Positions 1 to 13,517 of a DNA stretch of 64,000 bases are shown here, in pieces; positions within the stretch are counted from its first letter, which is position 1, and each line of letters begins with the position of its first letter. The position numbers were made by a program, and so were the translations under genes. Origin of the DNA: Octopus sinensis (lineage: Eukaryota); contig NW_021832858.1 in assembly GCF_006345805.1 (NCBI RefSeq), positions 31,614 to 95,613 of the forward strand, written 5' to 3'. Below the pieces are notes generated by a model. It was not told the DNA's origin. It did no database searches and was given only the letters and a program-made list of their open reading frames with translations.

Positions 1-861
1 GCTCACAACACCCGGTCTGAAAATCGAAACCGCGATCCTACAACCGCGAGTCCGCTGCCCTAACCACTGGGCCATTGCGCCTCCACATATATACATATAT
101 ATATATTTCTTTATTACCCACAAGGGGCTAAACATAGAGAGGACAAACAAGGACAGACAAACAGATTAAGTCGATTACATCAACCCCACTGCGTAACTGG
201 TACTTAATTTATCGACCCCGAAAGGATGAAAGGCAAAGTCGACCTTGGCGGAATTTGAACTCACAACGTAACGGCAGACAAAATACGGCTACGCACTTCG
301 CCCGGCGTACTAATGTTTCTGCTTGAATGGAGATGTGTCGATATGTGCTGCATCCAAGAAGGTGGAGAGGAGGTTCTGCTAGGTTCCTCACAAGCAAAGA
401 ACACAAGTACAAGATTTTGATAAACTAGTCTATAAATTAGAACTAACCCCACCCCCCATTAATAAATCTGAATAACAAAATAAAATTAATGATAAGCAGT
501 GTCTTCCTGTGAAAAAATATCAGTTACAACTATGATGTTGTTGATGAAACATGTTCTTTGTCTATCTATTTATACTCTTTGTGGTTTTGGATAATAGGAA
601 AAATATACAAATGAATTCTTTGAATTTAACTAAATTCTATTTTTATGTGGCTGAAGATTGCTCTGCATTTTAAAATTGATGTAATATTTGCATTGTTCAA
701 TTAAATGGAGTCGCATGAAACGATCGTACTGTATCACCTCTGGATATCCTTGTTGCTTATTTTGATTGTAATCACCCCATTTTGAATTATATGGATAATA
801 CCATACTAAATTCTGGTGCCTTTAACTTAAGTACCATATTCAACTGAATACATATATATAT

Positions 862-894
<33 letters not shown>

Positions 895-2677
895 GTTTAG
901 CGTCCGTTTTCCATGCTAGCATGGGTTGGACGGTTCTACTGGGGTCTGTGAAGCCAGAAGACTTCATCAGGCCCAGTCAAATCTGGCAGTGTTTCTACGG
1001 CTGGATGCCCTTCCTAACGCCAACCACTCCGTGAGTGTAGTGGGTGCTTTTTACGTGCCACCCGCACAGGTGCCAGACAGAGCTGGCAAACGGCCACGAA
1101 CGGATGGTGCTTTTTATGTGCCACCGGCACGAGGGCCAGGCGAGGCTGGCAATGGACACGAACAGATGGTGCTTTTTACGTGTCATATATATAAATTATA
1201 TAGGGTGCTGAATATTTTTAGAAATTTCACCACTAGTGGCCTAGCATGTATAAAAAGTCAATAGACAACATATTCTCAATATAAAATAGTGTACATTTAA
1301 ACACAAAAGGAAACTACCATTAAAGGTAGCTTTCTCTTGTGCTTAAATGTACACTATTTTATATTGAGAATTTGTTATCTGTATATATATATATATATAT
1401 ATGTAAATTAAATTAGAGATAAAACCACTATTAGGCAACTCAAACAGTGATAGACATAAACCAATCAATAAATAACAAACAATATATATATAATTAATAT
1501 AATACATAATATATATATATAAAATATAAAATTTTAATTTTTAAATTAAAATTTTTTTTTATTAAACAAAGAGTATAAAAAGATAAATATAATAATAAAT
1601 ATAATAAGCATATATATATATATATATATATATATAAAGGGAAAGTTTATGAAAATAAACAAAAGATGAAGGCAGGTGGAGTACAAACAAACAAATGTAT
1701 TAGTATAGCGCTCAGGAATGGAAATAGAAAAAGTCTTTTACGTTTTGAGCCTACGCTCTTCCACAGAAAGATACACAGAAAAAAACAAGGAGAGAAAAAA
1801 TGTGTGTAGGAGCTAACACACACACACATAAGATGCTATCTCACAGGTAATCTGGTGTACATATACGGTGTATGTGTGAACAATGCTTACACAATCAGAG
1901 CTGCTTTTTATTCCAAATTTAATATTGTTTCAAATGTGCCATGCCACAGCACATCAGCAAATAGGCTTCGCACTCTTTGCATCTATGTCCCAGACTAGTA
2001 ATTCAATTCGTGTCAATGTGAACCAAGTAAGTGCTACTGGCGAGATATAACAATAGCAAAATATCAACGTCTATCATTCCCAATCACTTCAGGTAAGTTT
2101 TCTCACCTGTCTGGGAAACATTGCATTCGTTAACATTTGGTGTCATTCAGGAAGGTTTCCCCAGGATGCTATTCTGCACCAACTCGACATACAAAGAAAA
2201 CACATGCGACCTCACACATACATATATATTAGCTAACTTCTCTAGAAAACTCCTTGCAGCCAACTTTTATTCCTGTGGGAAAAATATGTAAGCATTAGCA
2301 TTTTTTGAATAAGATTGCCCTGATGATACCTGGTCACTTTATTGCTATTTTTTACATCAAAAACTATTAACATGGTAAGAATATTCCGGAGCACCGTTTA
2401 CATAGTGACCAAATTGAAACATATGTAGGCACCACTTATATATGGTTTCTTTATTGTCCACAAGGGGCTAAACATAGAGGGGACAGACAAGGACAGACAA
2501 AGGGATTAAGTCGATTACATCGACCCCAGTACGAAACTGGTACTTTATTTATCGAGCCCGAAAGGATGAAAGGCAAAGTTGACCTCGGCGGAATTTGAAC
2601 TCAGAACGTAACAACAGACGAAATACCGCTAAGCATTTCGCCCAGCGCACTAATTTGTCTGCCAGCTCGCCGCCTTA

Positions 2678-3028
2678 TCTCTCTATATATAAACGGCAAA
2701 ATGCCTGTCTGTGTGTGTATCCTTTATACAAATCCACAATTTTTCAGTTAGAGGGCTCGCACTTTCTATGGTCATTGAAAACCGTCCAAGGGTGGTCGTG
2801 CACATCTTTACATTTCCCCAGTCACCCCGCAAAGCCATTAAAAAATCAACAGAAGTGACTTTTTTGTGAATTTTCTATCCAAAACCCAATCAAAATGCCT
2901 GAAACTTGATACGCCAATTGAATGCCAGCTAGCTGTATGTGATTGGTCGGAAATTTGGACAGTACTCGCGTGTATGTGGCACACACGCACTAGCACTATG
3001 ACCCAGCGTAGCTGGGTCATAGTACTAG
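2678..3028 (+). mobile_element. Non-autonomous Helitron
   Basis: A|TCTCTCTATATATAAACGG...CTAG|T, with a perfect 13-bp hairpin ACTATGACCCAGC-gta-GCTGGGTCATAGT (2995-3023) just before CTAG; no target duplication. Confidence 0.85.
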
Positions 3029-3548
3029 TTTGTATTAAACTATTTACTATGTTCATATTGTGATACAAATAAAATAAGTATCCACAATAATTTTTTCTCG
3101 GTTTCTTATAGTAATGAATAAATATATATATATATATTTCTTTATTCTTTTGATCGTTTGTCATTTGATGGTGGCCATGCTGGAGCACCACATTTAATCA
3201 AACAAACTGACCCCAGGACTTATTCTATCAGTATATTTTGCCAAACCACTAAGTTACAGGGACATAAACAGACCAGCATCGGTTGTCAAGCGATGGTGGG
3301 GGTGGCAAACACAGTCACAAATACACACACACATATATATACATATATCATGATGATGACGATGGGCTTCTTTCAGTTTCCATCAACCAAATCCACTCAC
3401 AAGGCTTTGGTCAGCCCGAGGCTATAGCGGAAGACACTTACTCAAGGTGCCACGCAGTGGGACTGAACCCGGAACCATGTGGTTGGTAAGAGAGCTACTT
3501 TCCACACAGCGACTCCTACGTCTATACATACACACACACATATATATA

Positions 3549-3624
<76 letters not shown>

Positions 3625-4505
3625 CTCTTTTTTGTTTCAGTCATGTGATTGTGGCCATGCTGGAGCACCGCCTTTAATCGAGCAAATTGACCCCAGGACT
3701 TATTCTTTGTAAGCTTAGTACTTATTCTATCGGTCTCTTTTGCCGAATCACTAAGTTACATGGACATAAACACACCAACATTGGTTGTCAAGCGATGTTG
3801 GGGGGGACAAACACAGACACACAAACATATACTACACACATACATATATATACATACATATATACGACGGGCTTCTTTCAGTTTCCGTCTATCAAATCCA
3901 CTCACAAGGCTTTGGTCGGCCCGAGGCTATAGTAGAAGACACTTGCCTAAGACTCCACGCAGTGGGACTGAACCCGGAACCAAGTGGTTGATAAGCAAAC
4001 TACTTACCACACAGCCACTCCTACATTTATACATACATATATATGACGGGCTTCTTTCAGTTTCCATCTATCAAATCCACTCACAAGGCTTTGGTCGGCC
4101 CGAGGCTATAGTAGAAGACACTTGCCTAAGACTCCACGCAGTGGGACTGAACCCGGAACCAAGTGGTTGGTAAGCAAGCTACTTACCACACAGCCACTCC
4201 TGTGCCTATATATATATATATGAAAGCGTGTGGCTTAATAGCTGGGCTGTTGCACTGACAATCACAAGTTGGATTCCCAGACCAGGCAGCACGGTGTGTT
4301 CTTGAGCAAAACATTTCTTTTCACATTGCCCGAGTCCCCCTTTCTATCAGGGGGAATATTGGCCTGGATGCCTAGCCAGCAAGGTGACATCATTCAAAGG
4401 CTCAAACAAAGTTTTAAACAACTGTGAACAGCGATGTGTGATAACATCTGACAGTGCGGTTAGTCATGTGGTCACACAACATATATGTTTGTAAATAAAC
4501 ATAAA

Positions 4506-5487
4506 TCTTTCTATATATAAAGCTGAAGTTGTCTGTGTGTGGCAGATTTGATAGCCTTCAACTAACACTATCTCCTCCGAGACCCTGCAGTCACAAGTTG
4601 ATCAAAATTGAGAGTATGATAGAAGAAGGCTTGCTCTTCCTTCCGTAGAAGAAAAAATTCAAATCGGACCTTGTTAACACCAAAAATTATTTACATCAAA
4701 AAGGTGCTTATTTTTCTATGAAAATCCCTATTTTTTACAATTTTTTGACTGCTGTGTCGCCATTTTTTGGTGAATTTCAACCAGAAAAATGTTCACTTAA
4801 AGAGAATAACAAGCTACATAATACAAAGTTTTTACTTTTCAAAAATTCCAATTCTAAAGGGTCAAAACAAACCCAAGCAACGCCGGGCGATACTGCTAGT
4901 ATATGTATAAAGCTGAAGTGTGTATGGCAGGTTTGGTAGCCTTCAACTAACACTATCTCACTCCGAGACCCTGCGGCGCAAGTTGACCAAATTGGACCAT
5001 GTTAACGCCAAAAATTATTTACATCAAATGGGGTGCTTTTTTTTCTATGAAAATCCCTATTTTTTACGATTTTTTGACTGCTGTGTTGTCATTTTTTGGT
5101 GTATTTCAACCAGAAAAATGTTCACATAAAGAGAATAACAAGCTACATAATGCAAAATTTTTACTTTTCAAAAATTCCAATTCTAAAGGGTCGAAACAAA
5201 CTCGAGTAATGCCGGGCGATACTGCTAGTATATATATAAAGCTGAAGTTGTCTGTGTATGGCAGGTTTGGTAGCCTTCAACTAACACTATCCCCTCCGAG
5301 ACCCTGCGTTGCAAGTTGACCAAAATTGAGAGTATGATAGAAGGATTGCTCTTCCTTCCGTAGAACGAAAATTGAAATCGGACCGTGTTAACACCAACAA
5401 TTATTTACATTAAAAAGGTGCTTTATTTCTCTGAAAATCCCTATTTTTTAACGATTTTTTGACTGCAACACCAGGCGATACTGCTAG
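4506..5487 (+). mobile_element. Head-to-tail tandem array of three non-autonomous Helitron units
   Basis: Units end in cccgagcaacgccgggcgatactgCTAG variants at 4899, 5228 and 5487; each starts (TC)TATATATAAAGCTGAAG; units 2 and 3 carry different internal deletions. Confidence 0.85.
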
Positions 5488-5859
5488 TATATTTATATAT
5501 TTACATACACACACACATACAGAGGTCAGAATTCTTTCAGTTTCTGGCAAATCCACTCATAAGGTTTTAATCAGTTCAAAGCTAAAGTACGATGCGCTTG
5601 CTAAAGATTCCACACAGTAGGACTGAACCCAGGACCAGATGCTTGGGAAGCAAACTTCTTAACCACATAACCACAACAGCACCTATGTAGGAATAGAACT
5701 ATACTACATATGCATATGTTACCATCTACGAGGGTTCTATATTTCCCGCCAACACATGTATATGTATACATATACATGCATGAGATCCCACTTAATTTTC
5801 TTACCCTACCCTACGTATACCATCATAATAATCTTTTCTACTCTAGGCATAAGGCCCAA

Positions 5860-6782
5860 AATTTTAAGGGAGGGAGCCGGTCAGTTGGATTGACCCCAGT
5901 GCGCACCTGGTACTTAATTTATCGACCCCAGAAAGGATGAAAAGCAAAGTGGATCTCGGTGGAATTTGAACACAAAACGTAAAGACAGACGAAATACCTA
6001 TTTCTTTACTGCCCACAAGGGGTTACACACAGAGGGGACAAACAAGGACAGACGATGGGATTAAGTTGATTGCATTGACCACAGTGCGTAACTGGTACTT
6101 AATTTATCAACCCCGAAAGGATGAAAGGCAAAGTCGACCTCGGCGGAAATTTGAACTCAGAACGTAAAGACAGACGAAATACCTATTTCTTTACTGACCA
6201 CAAGGGGTTACACAGAGGGGACAAACAAGGACAGACAAATGGATTAAGTCGATTATATCGACCCCAGTGAGAAACTGGTACTTAATTTATCAATCCCGAA
6301 AGGATGAAAGGCAAAGTCGACCTCGGCAGAATTTGAACTCAGAACGTAACGGCAGACGAAATACTTATTTCTTTATTACCCACAAGGGGTTACACACAGA
6401 GGGGACAAACAAGGACAGACAAACGGATTAAGTCGATTATATTGAACCCAGTGCATAACTGGTACTTATTTAATCGACCCCGAAAGGATGAAAGGCAAAG
6501 TCGACCTCGGTGGAATTTGAACTCAGAACATAGCGGCAGACGAAATACCTATTTCTTTACTACTCACAAGGGGCTAAATAGAGAAGGGACAAACAAGGAC
6601 AGACAAAGGGATTAAGTCGATTATATCGACCCCAGTGCATAACTGGTACTTAATTTATCGACCCCAGAAGGATGAAAGGCAAAGTCGACCTCGGCGGAAT
6701 TTGAACCCAGAACGTAACGGCAGACGAAATACAGCTAAGCATTTCGCCTGGCGTGCTAACGATTCTGCCAGCTCGCCACCTT
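5860..6782 (-). mobile_element. SINE family B concatemer (one head plus about 4.5 tandem ~184-bp bodies)
   Basis: Repeating body TTCTGAGTTCAAATTCCGCCGAGGTCGACTTTGCCTTTCATCCTTTCGGGGTCGAT...GTAAAGAAATAG; one 5' head, near 6782. Confidence 0.85.
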
Positions 6783-7988
6783 ATATCATCATAATAATAA
6801 TATTATTGTTGCCGGTGTGATTTTCAGTAAAGCGTTTGATCGCCTATTATGGTCCACTGTTGGCTCCTCCGTGAAGTTTAACCCCTCAGGAATCAGCCTT
6901 CACTCTTTCTCTCCTTTCGGCAGGTTCTAAATTCCTTCAACCTGTCACTGCTGTACCCAACTATCACCCTATTTGTACAGCACATGTCTATATCAGCTCA
7001 TTCGAATCTCATGCACACCTCTATATCAGATTCCACTCAAAACAAATCTCTTTATGCTTCTTCCTCTCTCTCTGTGTCACCAAGCCTATTTGTGTCCCAT
7101 CGTTCATACACACATTACTCACTCAGCGAGGCATGCTTGCCTCTGATGTTTCCCAGCTGGCAGAAACGTTAGCACGCCGGGCGAAATGAGTAGCCGTTCT
7201 GAGTTCAAATTCCGCCGAGGTCGACTTTGCCTTTCATCCTTTCGGGGTCGATAAATTAAGTACCAGTTACGCACTGGGGGGTCGATATAATCGTCGTAAT
7301 CCCTTTGTCTGTCCTTGTTTATCCCCTCTGTGTTTAGCCCCTTGTGGGTAGTAAAGAAATAGGTATTTCGTCTGCCGTTACGTTCCGAGTTCAAATTCCG
7401 CCGAGGTCGACTTCGCCTTTCATCCTTTCGGTGTCGATTAAATAAGTACCAGTTACGCACTGGGGTCGATATAATCGACTTAATCCCTTTGTCTGTCCCC
7501 TCTGTGTTAACCCCTTGTGGGTAGTAAAGAAATAGATTTTCCCCACCTTTCGTAGCATTATTCATATTCAGTTACCACGTAACATATGACCCAAACATGA
7601 CAAAAAAAAAACCCAAAAAAAACTCCCTTGGAAACCCTAAACGGGAAAAAGGGAACCCCTACGTGGACTCACCCCCTGCAAGAAACAGCAGCTAAATTAC
7701 TAAATCGCACCATGCAGTCACAGAAAACCAACAGAAACAACTGTATATCACAAATAATGTGGGCCCTACATAGAATCACACCTTATGGTCAGAGGAATGA
7801 AAGGGGAACAGAGCCTGCCTAGGGTTAAACAACAACAACCTTAAGAAACCCCTAATGAAGGCAGGCATTTGGTAAACAATATTGGGGGCATCTCCGGGTA
7901 GGGTGTCGCTGTTTTCTTTATATTTGTGGATAGGCATGAAGGGTGTTCGATATAGGATCGATATCAATATGAATATATCGATATTTAC

Positions 7989-8040
7989 CTGTTTTTTCGT
8001 CCCGTATTACACCAGTTCGCTCGATCTGTACACTGGCCAT
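7989..8040 (-). CDS. Probable first coding exon of a gene divergent from DCTN2 (MASVQIERTGVIRDEKT-); identity uncertain, possibly a PYM1/WIBG-like protein
   Basis: Minus strand reads gacATGGCC...ACAG|GTAAAT: good Kozak context, strong donor, CpG-rich surroundings, and GGAAGTGACGT just upstream. No second exon found in the window. The PYM1 guess is from memory of N-termini only. Confidence 0.55.
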
Positions 8041-8089
8041 GTCGTTCACTTGAGACAAGGAACAGCTACGTCACTTCCCCTCACAACCG

Positions 8090-8820
8090 GAACTCTCTCT
8101 CTCTTTCTTTCTCTCACTCTCATGCTACCTTGTCTTTCTCTCTCTGTTTTTCTCGCTCTCTCTCTGTCTTTCTCTTACACTATTTTCTTTCTCTCACTCT
8201 CATACTACCTTCTCTGTCTTTCTCTCTGTCTCTTTCTCTTATACTATCTTTTCTCTTTCTCTCTCTCTCTTTCTCTTATACTATTTTCTTTCTTTCTCTC
8301 TCTCTTCTCTCATACTATCTTTTCTCTCTCCCTCTCATACTACCGTCTCTGTCTTTCTCTCTCCCTCTCATACTACCTTCTCTGTCTTTCTCTCTGTCTC
8401 TTTCTCTCTCTTTCTTTCTCTTATACTATCTTCTCTCTCTCTCTCTCTCATACTATCTTTTCTCTCTCTCTCTAATACTACCTTCTCTGTCTTTCTCTCT
8501 CTCTTTCTCTTATACTATCTTTTTCTTTCTCTCTCTCTCTATCTCTCATACTATCTTCTCTCTTTCTCTCTTATATTATATTCTCTCTCTTTCATATTAT
8601 CTTTTCTCTCTCTATCTCTCATACTACCTTCTCTGTTTCTCTCTCTCTCATACTATCTTCTCTCTCTCTCTCTCTCATACTATCTTCTCTCTCTCTCTCA
8701 TACTATCTTCTCTCTCTCTCTCAATCATACTATCTTCTCTCTCTCTATCACATACTATTTTTTCTCTCTCTCTCTCTCTCTTATACTATCTTTTCTCTCT
8801 CTCTCTCTCACTTCCCTCCC
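8090..8820. repeat. CT-rich minisatellite (CATACTATCTT(CT)n units)
   Basis: Direct reading; the long ORFs here are low-complexity artefacts. Confidence 0.9.
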
Positions 8821-9694
8821 TCCTTAATTCCTTTCACACATACAGCTTCTCTTTCCAATGATACTCATACTCTGTCTACTTCACACCTGTCTCCCTCCCA
8901 CTCTCTTTTTAAATATTACTCTATTACCCTCTCCCCTTCCTCTTTAACTATTAGTCTATTTCTTCCTCTCCCTCCATCTCTCTCTGTAGATCTTAATCTC
9001 TTTCTTACTTCCCCTCCCGTTCCTCTCCCTTTAACTCTTTTCCCTGCTCCACCCACCTTATGCCAGCTGTGACCATTCTAAGACACCTCTCTTTCCTCCC
9101 CTTCTCTCTCTCTTCTCTCTCTCTATTATTCTATTTTACCCACTTGTCTTCTTTCTCCCACTCTCTCTAATTCTTAGTCTATCTCCCTTCACGCTGACAC
9201 CCTCTAATTATTTCTCTGTCCTCACTCCACCCTCTTTTTCTTTCTTAACCCTCGGCGAGAAAACCTGAAAAAGCGGTTCTGTTTGGACCGAAGTCCGTTA
9301 ACGATATTTGCTGCCGTCCAAGAATTTAAACCTGGAGATCTCCATTTCCAGCCACTTCAAGGGCCACCTCCCAGTGGTGTCGGGCGTCAACGAAGAGCCC
9401 CCAACTACAACAAGACGACCAAAGTTTTTTTTTTTTCTCCAAAGTCTGGGGGTCTCCCGTCCCTAAACCCTAAACCATCACCTAATCACCCTTACCCGTT
9501 TTGTTGCTTAACAACAACAACGATATTTGTTCTGCTCCGAATTGCAGAAAATCCCTCGCTACGGGTTCAGTCCCACTGCGTGGCACCTTGGGCAAGTGTC
9601 TTCTACTTATAGCCTCGAGCCGAGAAAAGCCTTGTGAGTGGATTTGGTAGACGGAAACTGAAAGAAGCCCGTCGATATATATATATATAGTATA

Positions 9695-9756
<62 letters not shown>

Positions 9757-10145
9757 GCGTGTGTGTGTTTGTCCCCCTAGTATTGCTTGACGACCGATGC
9801 TGGTGTGTTTATGTCCCTGTTACGTAGCGGTTCGGCAAAAAGACCGATAGAATAAGTACTGGGCTTACAAAAGAATAAGTCCCGGGGTCGAGTTGCTCGA
9901 TTAAAGGCGGTGCTCCAGCATGGCCGTAGTCAAATGACTGAAACAACTAAAAGAGTAAAAGTGAATTCTTTGACTTAGAAATACTCCATCCACGACGTTA
10001 TTGTTCACATTATTGCATGGTTAAGAAACTTGCTTCCCAACCAAAGGATTCCGGGTTCAAGATCAGTTTGACGCTTTGGGTAGGTGTCTTCTACAATGAG
10101 TGAATTTGGTAGGTGGAAACCTACAGTGTGTTGGTGCTACTTGAG

Positions 10146-10289
10146 AAATAATAATAATAATAATAATTAATAATAATAATAATAATTAATAATAATAATA
10201 ATGATAATAATAATATTAATAATAATAATAATTAATAATAATAATAATAATTAATAATAATAATTAATAATAATAATGATAATAATAAT

Positions 10290-10341
<52 letters not shown>

Positions 10342-10608
10342 TAATAATAATAATGATAATAATAATAATAATAATAATGATATAATTAATAATAATTATA
10401 TATAATAATATATTAATAATAAAATAATTAATAATAATATAATAATTAATAATAATAATTAATAATAATAATGATATATAATAATAATAATAATAATTAA
10501 TAATAATAATAATAATTAATATAATAATGATAATAATAATAATAATTAATAATAATAATGATAATAATAATAATTAATAATAATAATGATAATAATAATA
10601 ATTAATAA

Positions 10609-10645
<37 letters not shown>

Positions 10646-10655
10646 TAATAATAAT

Positions 10656-10697
<42 letters not shown>

Positions 10698-10850
10698 TAT
10701 AATATTAATAATAATTAATAATATATAATATAATAATATTAATAATAATAATAATAATAATATAATAATTAATAATAATAATAATGATATAATAATAATA
10801 ATAATAATAATTAATAACAATAATTAATAATAATAATTAATAATAATAGA
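10146..10850. repeat. (AAT)n compound microsatellite, about 700 bp
   Basis: Direct reading. Confidence 0.95.
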
Positions 10851-11329
10851 TGTGCGTTGGTCGACCCCTAAGATAGTCCCATCGACCCCCGCCCCCAGGG
10901 GATCGATATCGACCACTTTAGAGTCGCGCGGACTAAACCCTTCAATAAAGTGACTCCAGTATGGCCGCAATCCAACGACACAAACAAGTAAAAGATAATA
11001 TATGAAAGAATTGTCGTCTGTCGAGGTGGCGTGTCACGAATGACTCACTGAGTGAGAGCGGGGCTGTGAGTGGGTGGCTTTGAATGGAGTTTGAGGTTAA
11101 GTTTAAGAGATTTTAAGGGGAAAATTAATAATAATAATTATAATAATGATAATGATAATGAAATTATTGTCTGCAGTGCTCAGGTGCACCACAAAGGTAA
11201 ATTAATTTAAATATAATAGCATTATAATAGAGAAAGAAAGAAGAAATATATAAAAAATGTTGGTTGAGTACGAGATTGTCAAGTGGAGGATGAGTGAGAG
11301 TGTAGAATGAGAATGGGAAGGAAGAGTTG

Positions 11330-12420
11330 AGATAGAAAGAGATAGAAAGAGGAAGGGGAGAGAAATAGAAAGAAGACGGGAGGGAAATACAGACAGCTCG
11401 TGAGGGAGAAGGGGGGAGAAGACAGGCAGAAAGAAGGACGGAGGGGAAATACGGAGGGAGAGGGAGAAAGAAGGACGGAGGGGAAATACGGAGGGAGAGG
11501 GAGAAAGAAGGACGGAGGGGAAATACGGAGGGAGAGGGAGAAAGAAGACACACAGAAAGCAGGACGGAGGGGAAATACAGAGGGAGAGGGAGAGAGAAGA
11601 CACACAGAAAGAAGGACGGAGGGAAAATACAGAGGGAGAGGGAGAGAGAAGACACACATAAAGAAGGACGGAGGGAAAATACAGATGGAGAGGGAGAGAG
11701 AAGACACACATAAAGAAGGACGGAGGGAAAATACAGAGAGATCGTGAGGGAGAGGGAGAGAGATATAGACTAAGAACGAGAGAGTGATAGAGAAAAGGAC
11801 GGAGAAGTGCGAACGAGAGAGAGGGAGAGAGAAGACACGCAGAAAGAAGGACGGAGGGGAAATACAGAGGAAGAGAGAGAGGGAGACAGAAGACACACAG
11901 AAAGAAGTAGGGAGGGGAAATACAGAGGGAGAGGGACAGAGAAGACACACACAGAAAGAAGGACGGTGGAGAAATACAGACAGATCGTAAGGGAAGGGGA
12001 GAGAGAGATATAGACTAAGAACGAGAGAGAGATAGAGAAAAGGAGAGAGGCGAGCGAACGAGTGAGAGGGAGAGAGAGGACACACACACACAGAGAAAGA
12101 CAGAGGGGAAATACAGACAGATGGTGAGGGAGAGAGAGAGATATATAAACTAAGAACTAGAGAGAGATAGAGAAAAGGACGGAGGAGAGAGAACGAGAGG
12201 GAGAGGGAAGACACACAAAGAAGGACGGAGGGGAAATGCAGACAGATAGTGAGGGAGAGGGAGAGAAAACACGCAGAAAGAAGGACGGTGGAGAAATACA
12301 GACAGCTCGTGAGGGAGGGGAGAGAGAGATATAGACTAAGAGCAACAGAGAGGTCGAGAAAAAGAAAAAGACAGAGGAGAACGAACGAGAGAGAGGGATA
12401 AAGAGAAAGAGTAAGAGTAA
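11330..12420. repeat. GA-rich minisatellite immediately upstream of DCTN2 (AGAAAGAAGGACGGAGGGGAAATACAG units)
   Basis: Direct reading; ends about 40 bp before the ATG. Confidence 0.9.
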
Positions 12421-12459
12421 ACGAGATTCTCGCGTAACGTTTCAAAATCTCGGTGAATA

Positions 12460-12495
12460 ATGGCAGACCCTAAATATGCCAACCTCCCCGGAATT
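12460..12495 (+). CDS. DCTN2: Dynactin subunit 2 (p50/dynamitin), exon 1
   Basis: ATG...ATT|gtgagt encodes MADPKYANLPGI, nearly identical to the conserved DCTN2 N-terminus MADPKYADLPGI; phase 0. Confidence 0.96.
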
Positions 12496-12724
12496 GTGAG
12501 TAATTCACCTTTATTTCTTCCATAACACTTTACCTCACCTTGTTATTAACCCTTCACGTTATTGTCCAGGTGTCATATATACAAAGCTATTAATCCTACA
12601 GGTAGACGTGATCCAGAGCCGTGATACAGCCACAGCACTTCCCCCACCTTCACTAATTAATAACACGCATTGCCCCCTATGTGGTCATTCTGCACGGCTA
12701 GAAATAGCAGTCAGATCACACCCT

Positions 12725-13517
12725 GGGATCTTTTCGGTTTGAACGGCAGTTTTTTAAAATAATTTCTAGGTAACTAAACACTTTTGAATAACATTTGTGC
12801 AAAAAAAAAAAGATACCCTTCCCCCCCACCCCTATCCCTTACCCTAAAATGGATTGAAATGCAATAGATCGATACTAGGGTCATAATTACGGGTGACCCA
12901 CGTAACTAAAAAATTTTAAACTTTGTATACTGATAGAATGTGTTTATAAAACATCTTTTTCTCTTGGCTTTATTGAGAAAATTCTATAGTTTGTAAGATA
13001 TTTGTTGTTGTTTTTCTTCAATTTCTGCAATTTCAACCAATCAATGACGTCTATTGAGGTAAAAAAAAAACATTCTGTGACGTATGAATATGTCCCTCGT
13101 TTAAGAAACAAATTGGGTTTATTTACATTTGTGAAGAAAAACAGATACCCTTCCCCCACCCCTAACTAGCCCTAACCCTAAAACAGATTGAAATGCAATA
13201 GATCGATACTAGGGTCATAATTATGGGTGACAATTTCATATGACACCGCTAGAAAAAACTGCCGTTCAAACCGAAAAGATCCCCTAACCCTAACCCTGGT
13301 TGAAATGCAATAGATCGATACTAGGGTCATAATTATGGGTGACAATTTCATATGACACCGCTAGATAAAACTGCCGTTCAAACCAAAAAGATCCCCTAAC
13401 CCTAACTAACCCTAACCCTGATTGAAATGCAATAGATCGATACTAGGGTCATAATTATGGGTGACAATTTCATATGACACCGCTAGAAAAAACTGCCGTT
13501 CAAACCGAAAAGATCCC
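12725..13517. mobile_element. TIR MITE with triplicated right end and (CCCTAA)n spacers
   Basis: TIR GGGATCTTTTCGGTTTGAACGGCAGTTTT; right ends at about 13283, 13395 and 13517; flanked by ACACCCT on both sides. Other copies lie at 50651-51271, about 63665-63740 and 63796-64000. Confidence 0.8.

Noticed and set aside
1960-2200. Several GTAAGT/GTGAGA donor-like sites suggesting exon 2 of the divergent gene
   Set aside because: All tested frames hit stops or had no matching acceptor.
7848-7890. CTAATGA...TAAACAATATTG as a hammerhead relic (similar weak cases at 13700-13775, 20660-20740, 53140-53180, 60040-60070)
   Set aside because: There are too many core and stem violations to distinguish them from chance.
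9250-9560. CpG-rich patch as a coding exon
   Set aside because: No recognisable protein in any frame and no convincing splice-site pair; kept only as possible promoter sequence.
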